Origin: Octopus vulgaris
Lineage: Eukaryota
DNA: 64,000 bases
NCBI GenBank assembly: GCA_951406725.2
Contig: OX597828.1
Span: 20,584,001-20,648,000 of the forward strand
Direction of reading: 5' to 3'
In this document: in pieces, positions 31,860 to 44,300 of the stretch
Numbering within the stretch: position 1 is the stretch's first letter
How the letters are laid out: the number at the start of each line of letters is the position of its first letter
Position numbers and translations under genes: made by a program
Notes under the pieces: model-generated
What the model was told of the DNA's origin: nothing
The model's database searches: none
What the model saw: only the letters and a program-made list of their open reading frames with translations

Positions 31860-32255
31860 CATGCTGGGGCACCACCGTTGTCTGTGCTACACAGTTATTT
31901 AAAACCACCTCTGATAGGAGGCAATTTGTGAATGAGGGAGTTTGATACTGCTACCCTCATCTATGCTTCCTGCCGCGAGGTAGGCTCATCTGGAACCTTT
32001 GGCAGGAAAAGATCCAGTTTTAGTTTCAATACACCTACATTTACACCATGCAAGTCTCTCAGGAAGGTTACTGAACTGCTGTGGGCCCTTCACACCTAAG
32101 CTGTTGCAGTATCTGGTCTTGTATTTTGATGGCGATGCTGGGATCTTATGTATGTATGTATGTATGTATGTATGTATGTATGTATGTATGTATGTATGTA
32201 TATATGTATTATGTATGTATAGCAGCCCTCGTGTATCATCGACAGCGAGGTTAGA
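31860..32255 (-). mobile_element. CR1/L2-group LINE 3' fragment split by (CATA)n
   Basis: Minus frame KIPASPSKYKTRYCNSLGVKGPQQFSNLP...VPDEP, typical of the ORF2 tail. Confidence 0.55.
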
Positions 32256-32578
32256 ATCGAAATGTGTGTGTGTATATGTATATATAAATATATACATATA
32301 TGTATATGTATAGGTGTGAGTGTGTGGGTGGGTATGTGTGTGTGCATGTGTCTTTGTGTGTATTTGTTTATCTCCACTAACACTTGGCTGTCGAGATTGG
32401 TTTCTTTACGTCTCCGTAACTTAGTGGTTCAGAAAAAGAATCGATAGGATAGGTACAAGTTTTTCAAAAAATGAACAAGTACTTGGATCGATTTTTTTTC
32501 GATTAAACCCTTAAAGACGGAGTATTAGTATGGATGCAGTCCATACTAATGAAGAGAGAGGGATAGACAGATAGAAAC

Positions 32579-32623
<45 letters not shown>

Positions 32624-32711
32624 CAGATACATACATGCATACATACATACATACACACATACATACATACATACATACATACATACATACATACATACAT
32701 ACAGAGGAAGG

Positions 32712-32838
<127 letters not shown>

Positions 32839-33284
32839 GTAAGTAGGTAGATAGACATACAGACAGACAGATAGATAGATCAATAGATAAATAGATAGGC
32901 TAATAGACAGACAGAAAGACAGATAGACAGACAGAAAGACAGACAAACAGATAGATAGATATATAGATAGATACATAGATTGATAGATAGATCGGTATGG
33001 TCAGTTAGCATTAGTATAATTTAGATAATTAAAATCGTTCCAATTTAGAACTTCCTAATTAACACTTATCTAAGTTATCTAATTAGTGGCTAAATAACTT
33101 CAGTTCCTAATAATATGCAGACTTCATTTACATTTGGTACATTGTCAGTGACATACTGATTCTTCCCTTCTCTCCCTCACACATACACACACTAGCTCTC
33201 TCTCTCTCTCACTCTATCTGTCTATCTATTCTTATTCTTTCTTTATCTCCTGCATACATACACAAATGCGCACACACATATACG

Positions 33285-33620
<336 letters not shown>

Positions 33621-33684
33621 TCGGGGTGAGTACTTGATAATTATAAGCACCTGTGTATACCGTTTGGTGGTGTAGGTGGTGGAG

Positions 33685-34787
33685 TAAATTGATCAAAATA
33701 AAAATAAAAACATGAGGCGAAGGATTCAGCGGTACATATGTTTCGGGCCTTTATTAGACAGATTTATAACAAAGCATAATGTATGTCTGTGGCCTTCTTC
33801 AGCCGCGCACAACAGCTTCCACAAGGACATGTGTTACATCAAAAATTCTTGGTTGGGGATGCAAATCCTCTCGTTCACGTACGACATAATGCGGCAGCAG
33901 CATAGAATTGAAGCGTCCATCTCTTTCTTCTCTCAATGTAGAATGAGGAAACTTGGATGTTGAGGTAATGTAAATAAATAAATACGTATATAGAGGTGAA
34001 GATGGAGGGGCGAGAGTTCGGGACGAGGGATAAAAAATATATATAAAAAATGTACGTATAGAATAATATAAAAATGTAGAGGATAAAGATATAAAGAGTT
34101 GTAAGGAGATGTAAAGGGGGTGTAAAGAAATATAAAGAAATATAAATAAATGTAAAGGCATAAGGTTGTAAAGTAAAAATAGAGATGGAAATAATAGTAA
34201 AAGAAGTGAAAGAACCTGATAAAAACATGATAAAAGTGTAAAAGAATGTAAAGATAAGGGATGTATAGAGGTCGCGGACCAAGCATGGTGGTCAGGAGAT
34301 TGATAAAACTTAGTTGTAGAACTGTCAGTAAATTAACAGTTTCGTCGTAAATCAGAGCTGATGAGAATTTAATCTGGTTCCTTGAATTAAATGGACTTCC
34401 AGTACATACATATCATCATGGGTACATACACCCACATACACGCGTACATATACGTCTCCAAGCCTATAAGCATACACACGCACTCGCGTGTAAACACGTA
34501 CATAAACACACACGCACCCACACGCACGCGCGCACACACACATACATACAACAGAATATCCGCATATATAGACGGACATTACGCGCGTACACGCTCACAT
34601 GTATATACGCGCGCCCCTCACTACATACACACACGTATATGCCCACGCCTCTAGGTCTAGGTATAAGATATTAAAGGATGTGTATAAGAACGTATGTAAA
34701 GAATCCCGTACTCATGTTAATACGCGCACGCACACACGGCTGTGTGTCCGTATGTGCGTGCACATATACACCCATATACACACACAG
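33685..34787. repeat. Left arm of ~1.1-kb inverted repeat
   Basis: Reverse complement of 36027-37127; mirrored ORFs in the track (33712..33963+ equals 36849..37100-, and others). Confidence 0.97.
33729..33806 (-). ncRNA. Type-I hammerhead ribozyme (sense to the element)
   Basis: GCGG-CUGAAGA-AGGCC..stem II..GGCCC-GAAAC AUAU GU-A-CCGC; palindromic ACAUAUGU stem III. Confidence 0.8.
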
Positions 34788-35446
34788 AGACACACGCGCA
34801 CATGGGTATAGCCATAAGATATCGAAGTATGCATGTACATATACGCGCGTGCGCATGTATGTATGCGCATACACACGTACGCGGACGCTCGCATACTCAA
34901 AAGGCGGATCCATAGGTAAGTAAATAAACATATATAGAGGTGTAAAGCGATAAATTAGGGGTAAGAATGAGGGTAAGGGTAAAGATTAGAAATAAAAAAT
35001 ACAGTATAAAATAAGAAATACAATGTAATAGTTAGAAATGAAATATAAGAATTATAAGGGTTATAAGAGTTAAGGTAAGGGATGAAAATGAAAATGAGAG
35101 TAAATGGAAGTAGAATAAAAGTAAAAATAAAATTAAAAATAAAAATAAAAATAAATGGAAGTAGGATAAAAGTAAAAATAAAAATAAAAATAAAAATAAA
35201 AATAAAATAAAATAAAATAAAAAAATAAGGTAAAAATATAATTTTGTAAAGTTTAACATGAGATGGAGGTGGCACACATATATATATATATGTATATGTA
35301 CACATACGTACACGTATGTGCACATACACACGCACACACACACACACACACACACATACACACGCACATATAGGAAAGCGGGATGTGCTGGAGCCGACAG
35401 GTTGCACCGGGTGGGAGGAAATAGCATGGGGGAGTTGGTATAAGAC

Positions 35447-36026
35447 CTAAGCATTGTAGTATTTGAAAGTATTAATAAGTTTATGTATACAGGATGGTTT
35501 GAACTCTGACCTTTTGTTAATAAGATTGTGTTTGTCTTTGAATTTCAAGATGTTCAGGAGTTCTACACAGCATAGTTGGCATCCTGCTCTATTATTTAAA
35601 TAAGGTGCAGCTGATCCGATGATGGACCATCTGAGTTTGAAGCCTATGCATTTGTCTTTTAATTCCCAAATTCTTTTAGAGAGGGAGGTGCTGTTAGCCT
35701 TATGTCTATGTCTCAGCGAGGACCGGTGGTTGTAGTATCTGGATTTCCAGGAGGTTGAGCAACCAATATAGGTGAGTGTGTTAAACTGAGTACTCACCTC
35801 ACATGAGTATATTACGTTTTTCGCCCTGCATGCGCCCTGCAGCGGGCACTCTGATGCACATCTGCAGTTGCATTGCATTGCATTATTCGGTCGTGTGCTG
35901 CTAATCCCAGGCGGAGGTGTTGCAATACGAGTGGGGGCGTTGGTATCCTCCTGGTTGTTGATGGGTGTAGTATTTCCTCTGTTGTGTTGGCGGGTGTTAT
36001 TACTAACTGCTTGGGTAGTATGGTAG
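35447..36026 (-). CDS. GIY-YIG endonuclease domain (C-terminal part of the Penelope-like ORF; RT domain lost)
   Basis: ORF 35447..36136: CNCRCASECPLQGAC linker, NVIY..TYIG, SRYYNH, CQLCCVE, INKRSE, CIH; no internal stops; the first ~36 codons come from the inverted arm. Confidence 0.88.
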
Positions 36027-37125
36027 CTGTGTGTGTATATGGGTGTATATGTGCACGCACATACGGACACACAGCCGTGTGTGCGTGCGCGTATTAACAT
36101 GAGTACGGGATTCTTTACATACGTTCTTATACACATCCTTTAATATCTTATACCTAGACCTAGAGGCGTGGGCATATACGTGTGTGTATGTAGTGAGGAG
36201 CGCGCGTATATACATGTGAGCGCATACGCGCGTAATGTCCGTCTATATATGCGGATATTCTGTTGTATGTATGTGTGTGTGCGCGCGTGTGTGGGTGCGT
36301 GTGTGTTTATGTACGTGTTTACACGCGAGTGCGTGTGTATGCTTATAGGCTTGGAGACGTATATGTACGCGTGTATGTGGGTGTATGTACCCATGATGAT
36401 ATGTATGTACTGGAAGTCCATTTAATTCAAGGAACCAGATTAAATTCTCATCAGCTCTGATTTACGACGAAACTGTTAATTTACTGACAGTTCTACAACT
36501 AAGTTTTATCAATCTCCTGACCACCATGCTTGGTCCGCGACCTCTATACATCCCTTATCTTTACATTCTTTTACACTTTTATCATGTTTTTATCAGGTTC
36601 TTTCACTTCTTTTACTATTATTTCCATCTCTATTTTTACTTTACAACCTTATGCCTTTACATTTATTTATATTTCTTTATATTTCTTTACACCCCCTTTA
36701 CATCTCCTTACAACTCTTTATATCTTTATCCTCTACATTTTTATATTATTCTATACGTACATTTTTTATATATATTTTTTATCCCTCGTCCCGAACTCTC
36801 GCCCCTCCATCTTCACCTCTATATACGTATTTATTTATTTACATTACCTCAACATCCAAGTTTCCTCATTCTACATTGAGAGAAGAAAGAGATGGACGCT
36901 TCAATTCTATGCTGCTGCCGCATTATGTCGTACGTGAACGAGAGGATTTGCATCCCCAACCAAGAATTTTTGATGTAACACATGTCCTTGTGGAAGCTGT
37001 TGTGCGCGGCTGAAGAAGGCCACAGACATACATTATGCTTTGTTATAAATCTGTCTAATAAAGGCCCGAAACATATGTACCGCTGAATCCTTCGCCTCAT
37101 GTTTTTATTTTTATTTTGATCAATT

Positions 37126-37127
<2 letters not shown>
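36027..37127. repeat. Right arm of ~1.1-kb inverted repeat
   Basis: Mirror of 33685-34787 with one 2-nt indel and a few substitutions noticed by eye. Confidence 0.97.
37006..37083 (+). ncRNA. Type-I hammerhead ribozyme (mirror copy)
   Basis: GCGG 37006-37009, CTGAAGA 37010-37016, GAAAC 37068-37072, GTA 37077-37079 (predicted cleavage after 37079), CCGC 37080-37083. Confidence 0.8.
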
Positions 37128-37184
<57 letters not shown>

Positions 37185-37855
37185 AAGCAAAAGAAATGTA
37201 AAAGTCATAGAAAGTTTGTATAATAAAGTTTATGGTGATATTAAGATCATATTGCATCATTATATCATTACAAATTAAAGACAGTACCGGTTTCACGATC
37301 AAACGATTGGAAACTTATATAGAGAAAACTTTTTTTGCTGTCAATAGGACGCCATCTTTGAAAAATGTGAACAGAGATGAAGCAATATGTCGAAGGGAGC
37401 AACTCTTACTTTTTCCTGAAGCTCTTCAGTGGCTTTGGCAAGCATACATTTACAGGAGTCATTTCCTTTTATACACAGTTAATTGTATTACTCACTAGGT
37501 TTTTAAGATTATACAGTAATGTGTGAATGGGTGTATGTGCTCTAACATCTCATTATCTCTCTTGTAAAATATATGTGTATATATATTTATATATATATGC
37601 ACACACACATATAAGTATGAACAGTAATTTATACCTAAAAATTGTGGTTGGCATACAATTATAACTTTCTTGTATATGTTAAAATTCCATAATTGAATAA
37701 AATAAATCAATCCAATAGAAAATGAACGACAAAGCAATTGCCAAGATATGAATACTTTCTTCATAAGAGTCATGTCGGACCTCTCATGACTCGGGTTTGA
37801 ATATGAGTTGGTGTCCAGGATCAAGTAATTGAGCGACAATCTTTATATATATATA

Positions 37856-38377
37856 CTAGCAGTATCGCCTGGCGTTGCTCGGGTTTGTAAGGGAAATAAC
37901 TATATAAGCATTTTTAGAGAGTTACTTCCTTTATAGATGCCAATTCGGGCTTTCTTAGCCATTTCTGTTTTGGTGTCTTCAAGCCATGAAGTCGTTGTTC
38001 TAAAAGAACGCTGGTCTCCTTGACAACGCTTTACGACGTTGATTTCCTTACACTCCCTTACACTCCCTTCCCCACAGCTTCACGAGGGAGGTAAGAAGGG
38101 GGAGAACCAAACAGGTGCAGTGTGACCATGGACGCCAACTCCGCCGCCATCGACACACGAAAAATTATGCATTAAAATGGAATAAAAAATGATGTTAAAT
38201 TATTTTTAAAATCGTAGACTCATCGTAGACGCGCGCTAATACTCAGACGGGCTCGATATGAATCACGACTATAAGATACCCGAATTTGGTTAAACTGCAC
38301 CGCAAAATGTGGGAGTAGTTAGGAATCTAAATCGAAGGGGACAGACACTCACACAACTACAGTTTTATATATATAGA
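37856..38377 (-). mobile_element. Non-autonomous Helitron
   Basis: Minus strand starts A|TCTATATATATAAAA and ends CCCGAGCAACGCCAGGCGATACTGCTAG|T; A/T insertion with no TSD. Confidence 0.75.
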
Positions 38378-38378
38378 T

Positions 38379-39123
38379 ATAAAACTGAGAATGTGTGTGT
38401 GTCTGTCTGTCTATCTGTCTGTGTGTTTCCCTAAAACTTGAGAACTACTCAACCAATTTCATTCAAATTTTACACATGCCTTACTTAGGTGTCATCGGCA
38501 ATTTTTGCCTAGGGCGAGCCCACAGCAATATCATATCTTCTCCACTACGATTCCCTAAAACTTGAGAACTACACAACCAATTTCATTCAAATTTTACACA
38601 TGCCTCACTTAGGGTCCATGTAGTTTCATGGGCAAAAAAATGTTCAACTTCTTGCCTAGGGCGAGCCCATAGCAATATCATATCTTCTCCACTATTTCAG
38701 TATTACGTGTTAAAAGTGAAACAAAAACATTTCTCTATTTTATGTCAGATACTTTCACTTTAACAATAAAAATAATAATAACAATTGAATAATAATTAAA
38801 ATCAAACTAAAGTATAATATAATCGTAACATAACAAAAGTAAAATAGCAATTGGTATAAAATTGCATCAAGGATTTGAACTTGAATAAGTGGTTTCACAT
38901 GAATGGGAATAAATTAAAAATAAAATTAGCGTGCAGAAATGGAATAGTCATACAATTCCAGTCTGTTATATATTTTCAGTATTGTTATCACTAGCGATAT
39001 CAAGATATAACTTTGTATTTTGTATTTTATGTGTAGATGTATATATATAGATGTACATGTAATATGTACACATATATACATGCACTAGCACTATGACCCG
39101 GCAAAGACGGGTCATAATGCTAG
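38379..39123 (+). mobile_element. Non-autonomous Helitron with internal ~120-140-bp direct duplication
   Basis: ATAAAACTGAGAATG(TG)n(TCTG)n start; 3' hairpin ATGACCCG-GCAAAGA-CGGGTCAT then CTAG|T; repeat ~38428-38547 / 38553-38694. Confidence 0.75.
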
Positions 39124-39133
39124 TATATATATA

Positions 39134-39347
39134 TAATAATCCCTCGCCATATCACGGTTCACCTATCCACCTATCGTGGTTTATTATTTTACGTTGATTC
39201 CTCTGTGGTGTTGTTTTGCATTTATAATAAAATAAATATATACAAATTATAGAAATAATTTTTTAAAATATACAGTGCAGTTCTGTTTCTACTTCGCGAA
39301 TTTTCATCTATCGTAACGCAACACCTGCAATAGCCGAGGGATTACTG
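39134..39347. mobile_element. Tigger/pogo-like MITE
   Basis: TIRs TAATAATCCCTCG / CGAGGGATTACTG with TA flanks. Confidence 0.65.
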
Positions 39348-39361
39348 TATATATATATATA

Positions 39362-40371
39362 TAGGCGTTGGACAAAATAATGGAAACACCTAGCATCATA
39401 GCATCATAGCATCATAAGTTTGAAATATCTATAAAACCATCAGCAGCTTGATTATTTTCATGTTTTTTTTATTTATTATTATTGTTGCTAGAATTTTGCT
39501 AAAATTGTAGATATCATCAAAAAAAAAAGGTCAGTAAAGTTCATTAAAATGACAGATCTATCGGACTTTAAAAGAGGTCAAATTGTTGGCGCTCGTAAGC
39601 TGTTCGCCGGGAGCTGCATAAAGCCAGATTTCACGGGCTGCAATCAGAAAACCACTCCTTTCAAAAACAAACGTTGCAAAGCGTTTAGAGTGGAATAAGA
39701 ACCTACAGAATTGGTCCCTATAGCAGTGAAAGAATGTTATTTTCTCGGACGAGTCATCCTTCACCATATTTCCAACCATCAGATGAGTATACATGTGGAG
39801 ACAGCCAAAAGAAGCATTTGACCCAGACTCCTTTCATCCAACTGTTAAACATGGATTAGGATCTGTGATAATCGGGGGGGGGGGGGGTGCTATATCTTGG
39901 AAATTCGCCTGCCCAATGATTTCCTTTCATGGCAGAATTAACAGTCAAGACTATTTAAGCATTTTATCTGATCAAATTCACCCTATGGTTGCGGAACTGT
40001 TTCCGAAGGGAAATGCAATCGTTCAAGATGATAATGCACCAATTCACAGCTAAAGCTGTTATTGAATGGCACGAGGATCGTTCTCGTGAAATTGAACATC
40101 TTATCTGGCCACCACAGCCCCCAGATCTCAATATTATTGACTATTTATTGTGCATTTTAGAAACACAAGTAAGGAGTCCATATCCTCCACCATCATCACT
40201 GGAGACTGTTTTAGCTGAAGAATGGACAAAATGTTTTTTTGGGGGGGAAACAATTCAAACTTTGTCCATACCGCGTAGAATTCAAGATGTAATTACTGCC
40301 AAAAGCTGTCCTACCTCATATTAAAATAAATTTGTTTAAAATTTTAAGGTGTTTCCATTATTTTGTCCAAC

Positions 40372-40376
<5 letters not shown>
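39362..40376 (+). mobile_element. Tc1 transposon, internally deleted and frameshifted
   Basis: TIRs GTTGGACAAAATAATGGAAACACCT / AGGTGTTTCCATTATTTTGTCCAAC; motifs VIFSDES, PTVKHG, QDDNAPIH, WPPQPPDLNII; TA flanks. Confidence 0.92.
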
Positions 40377-40426
<50 letters not shown>

Positions 40427-40427
<1 letters not shown>

Positions 40428-40810
40428 TTTTACTTGTTTCAGTCATTTGACTGCAGCCATGCTGGAGCACCGCCTTTAGTCAAACAAATCGCCCCCTTAT
40501 TCTTTGTAAGCCTTGTACTTATTCTATCGGTCTATTTTGTCGAACCGCTAAGTTACGGGGACGTAAATGCACCAACCTCGATTGTCAAGCGATGGTGGGG
40601 GAGGGACAAACACAGACACACAAATGCGTACATATATAGACATATATATATACGACGGGCTTCTTTCAGTTTCCTTCAACCTAATCCACTCACAAGGCTT
40701 TGGTCGGACCGAAACTATAGTAGAAGACACTTGCCCAAGATGCCGTGCAGTGGAACTGAACCCAGAACTATGTGGTTGGCAAGCAAGCTCTTTACCACAC
40801 AGCCACTCCT
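40427..40810 (-). mobile_element. SINE family B
   Basis: Full-length reverse copy. Confidence 0.85.
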
Positions 40811-41285
40811 GAGCCTATATGTGTGTGTGTGTGTGTATGTGTCTGTGTGTATTATTTAAAGCAGTTTAATTCGGCTCAAACGACATAAAGCTTGGCGGGC
40901 TCCTTAGAGAAAAGCTAGTTCATTCTTGCTCAGTTAACTGAATGAAGAGATACAGGAAATCCAAGATGGGTACGGGAAACAGGGCTATAAGTCACATGGT
41001 GCCGAGTCAAACTATTTTAATTGATAATACATGTAACTCCTGCAAATTTTTTCAGTACCTTTTTCTTTCCTTGGCCTATTCACTCGTATGTGTGTGTATA
41101 TTGTGTGTGTGCGTGTGTGACACACACACATGATTTTGATTGATTTTGATTTTTCCAGTTTCAGCTAATGAGCTGTGGCCATGCTGGGGCACCGCCATTT
41201 ATATAAAAAACAATGAACAATCTTAATCGATTTTCGAACCATATTGGATTCTCATCAGAGGCGTCTGCATCATTTTGACAGTCTC

Positions 41286-41356
<71 letters not shown>

Positions 41357-41879
41357 CATACATACATACATACATACATACATACATACATACATACATA
41401 CATACATACATACATACACATATATATGTATATGCGACGGGTTTTCACACACCGCCAACCAAATTCACTCGTAAACTCACAAGACTTTGGCTGGTTCGGG
41501 GTCGTTCAAAAAGACATTAAAACAACACTTGCCCAAGATGCAGCTGTGCAATGGAATCGAACCCGACGAAACCAGGCGGCTGCAAAGCGAGCCGCTTAAC
41601 CACCTGGCTATGCCTACGCTTATGTCGACGGACGAGAGTTGTTTTAGCGTCATCCATCTTTGACTCATCGTATTGCTCAATAATTCAACATTCTAAATTC
41701 CCTTTGTAAGATCACGAGAGGCGAACGTGGGTGGACAGGGACTGGTATAAGAAACACTTCTCTGTAAAGCTGTCATCGACATACGACAAAAGCAAACAAA
41801 GAACAAAGAGAACGAAAAGAACAAACGTTCTGAGAAGAACATACTTTTTTGTTGATTCTGTTTTTTTTCTGTTTCCATC

Positions 41880-41959
<80 letters not shown>

Positions 41960-42208
41960 GTATATATACATATGCTTTTTTCTGTTTTGTATTTGTTATT
42001 TTGCCACGGACAGCTGTATATTGACGTTTGATAGCTTGAAAAAAAGAGCGATGTGTGAATATCTGTGTACATACATATATGCATACAGAAAGACATACGT
42101 ATATACATATATATGTGTGTGAATATATGATATCGATTCACACACACACACATATATACATATCTATAGTGTATATATACATACATAATACACACACACA
42201 CACACGTA

Positions 42209-42269
<61 letters not shown>

Positions 42270-42354
42270 TAATACATTGATTGACTAATAGACTAATATA
42301 TATGCATTCATATGTCTGTGTGTTTATGTGTATAGATAGACAAACAGGCAGACT

Positions 42355-42419
<65 letters not shown>

Positions 42420-43229
42420 GTGTCAGTATTTGTATGTGCGTGTATAACTATCTATGTATATATATTTATATATATATATATATATACATAGATACATTCG
42501 TAAGTACATACATACATACATACATACATACATACATACATACATACATACATACATACATACATACATAGCTATGTACGTACATACATGCATACGAAAC
42601 GTTCCTTTAGACAAGAATGGCGAAATTAATAGCAAGAAATGACATTACATCGCCAAGTGTGTTTGTAAAGAAAATCCGAGACGACTTTACGGTCACAACT
42701 TTATTTTTATTGTTATTTTATTTTATCTTTCGTTACTTTTTTGTTTCTTTCTTTTAATCTATCTATATACTTATTTTTTATTCAATTGTTTGATTATTTA
42801 GTTTTAATTTTTGTTTTGTTTTTGGTGGGAGGCGTTGCAATAATTGAAGAATGGTTTTGCTAAATCCAGGTCTCTGTAAGTCATTCTATGTAGTTATATG
42901 ACTCATAATGGTTGTATTGTAAAAATACAAACATCACCTCGGCTCTTGACACCGAATTGTGTGGTTTCAATTTCCAGGTGGATTTTCTTTTAAAGATTTT
43001 GTGAGATGAGGAAAGGGCCGCGTCTATTAATTGTTCCCGAAACAACCTCTGTGACTTATTAAAGGCAAGCTGAAGTAAGCACAACTCACATATTACCTAA
43101 AACCGTAAGCTTGCCTAAAAACAGAACACTGCTAATGGCACCCAAGGATCAGGTGGTGGTGGTATGATATTTTCTTCATATTCTCTGCTGTAGCCCTTAG
43201 GTAACACCTGTAGGTAATAACAATCTTAC

Positions 43230-43550
43230 TACCTAACTTTAAGTATCAGCCATAACTCAAACCCTGAAATATTACCTCAAAACTTAACCGAAGGATTTCC
43301 TCAAAACTTAACCAAAAGCTTACCCCACTTCTAAATTCCAATTCAAACTTAACCCTAAATTCCACCCGTACGTAAATCCTTGTCGGAAATGTTTAGCCAC
43401 CCTTACCTTAAATTATATCCACTTTAACTCTAAACCTTGTTCTGACACTAAATTTAAAGTTTAAATAACCCCTAACTTTAAACCTTACCTCAACCCTAAC
43501 TCTAAAGCTCATCCAAACCCTACACTACACTTCACTTTTACTTAAACCTG
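43230..43550. repeat. Degenerate (CCTAAC/CCCTAA)-like hexamer tract
   Basis: Scattered CCTAAC, AACCCTAA, CTTAAC and AAACCT units. Confidence 0.5.
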
Positions 43551-43857
43551 AACTCAGAAACAATACTTTTCCCTGTCTATCTTTCACAACTCCTGGTCTG
43601 GCGTCTAAAGCAGTAACCTAAATTTACCTCTCTGAATTAAGACAAGCATCCGAGATGTTAGACTTTCCTTATCATACACGTTGTAAAACATATTCTACAG
43701 TTTATACTATTTGTATTACTTTATACCAATACAAATAGTCCCCTCAGATTCTACTCACGGCCTGACAAAACAGTTAATGAAAATACGCCAAACACAAGTG
43801 CTAAGGTCCATGTGAGTGATTTTATTCTTTCATAATTTCTAGATTTCAAAGCTAGAA

Positions 43858-44300
43858 GGTGGTGAGCCGGCAGAATCGTTAGCACGCCAAGCGAAATGCG
43901 TAGCAGTATTTCGTCTTCATTTACGTTCTGAGTTCAAATTTCGCCGAGGTCGACTTTACCTTTCATCCTTTTGGGGTCGATTAAATAAGTACCAGTTACG
44001 CACTGGGGTCGATATAATCGACTTAATCCGTTTGTCTTTCCTTGCTTGTCCTCTCTGTGTGTAGCCCCTTGTGGGTAGTAAAGAAATAGGTGGTGAGCCG
44101 GCAGAATCGTTTGCATGCTCGGCAAAATCCTTAGCGGCATTTCATCTGTCATTATGTTCTGAGTTCAAACTCCGCCGAAGCCTACTTTGCATTTTATCCT
44201 TTCGAGGTCTATGAAAAAAGTACCAGTTGAGTACAAGGTCGATGTAAGCCACTGGCCCACTCCCTTAAAAAATATTTCAGGCCTTTTTCCTATAGTACCA
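43858..44300 (+). mobile_element. Two tandem SINE family A copies
   Basis: GGTGGTGAGCCGGCAGAATCGTT heads at ~43858 and ~44089; more decayed copies follow to ~44650. Confidence 0.85.

Larger units (their letters stand above)
33616..37127 (-). mobile_element. 5'-truncated Penelope-like retroelement (Neptune-type) with inverted pseudo-LTR
   Basis: C-terminal GIY-YIG ORF, ~1.1-kb inverted repeat, ~70-nt unpaired 3' tail (33616-33684), hammerheads, (TA)n flanks on both sides. Confidence 0.9.

Noticed and set aside
33712-34286. Mirrored ORFs (83, 117, 120, 135 aa) in the inverted arms as duplicated genes
   Set aside because: Low-complexity F/Y/I-rich frames from AT-skewed UTR sequence; duplicated only because of the inversion
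34310-34400. Second hammerhead in the Penelope-like arm (CTGATGAG..ATTTAAT/ATTAAAT on plus; GAAACTGTTA..TGACAGTT on minus)
   Set aside because: Neither strand has both CUGANGA and GAAA in the right order; real hairpins but an incomplete core
33624-34921. Consensus splice donors on the plus strand (GGGTGAGT ~33624, AGGTAAGT ~34914) suggesting an antisense spliced transcript
   Set aside because: No matching acceptors or exon frame could be supported from sequence alone
43230-43550. Interstitial telomere
   Set aside because: Too degenerate, with no run of exact TTAGGG units; kept only as a low-confidence repeat
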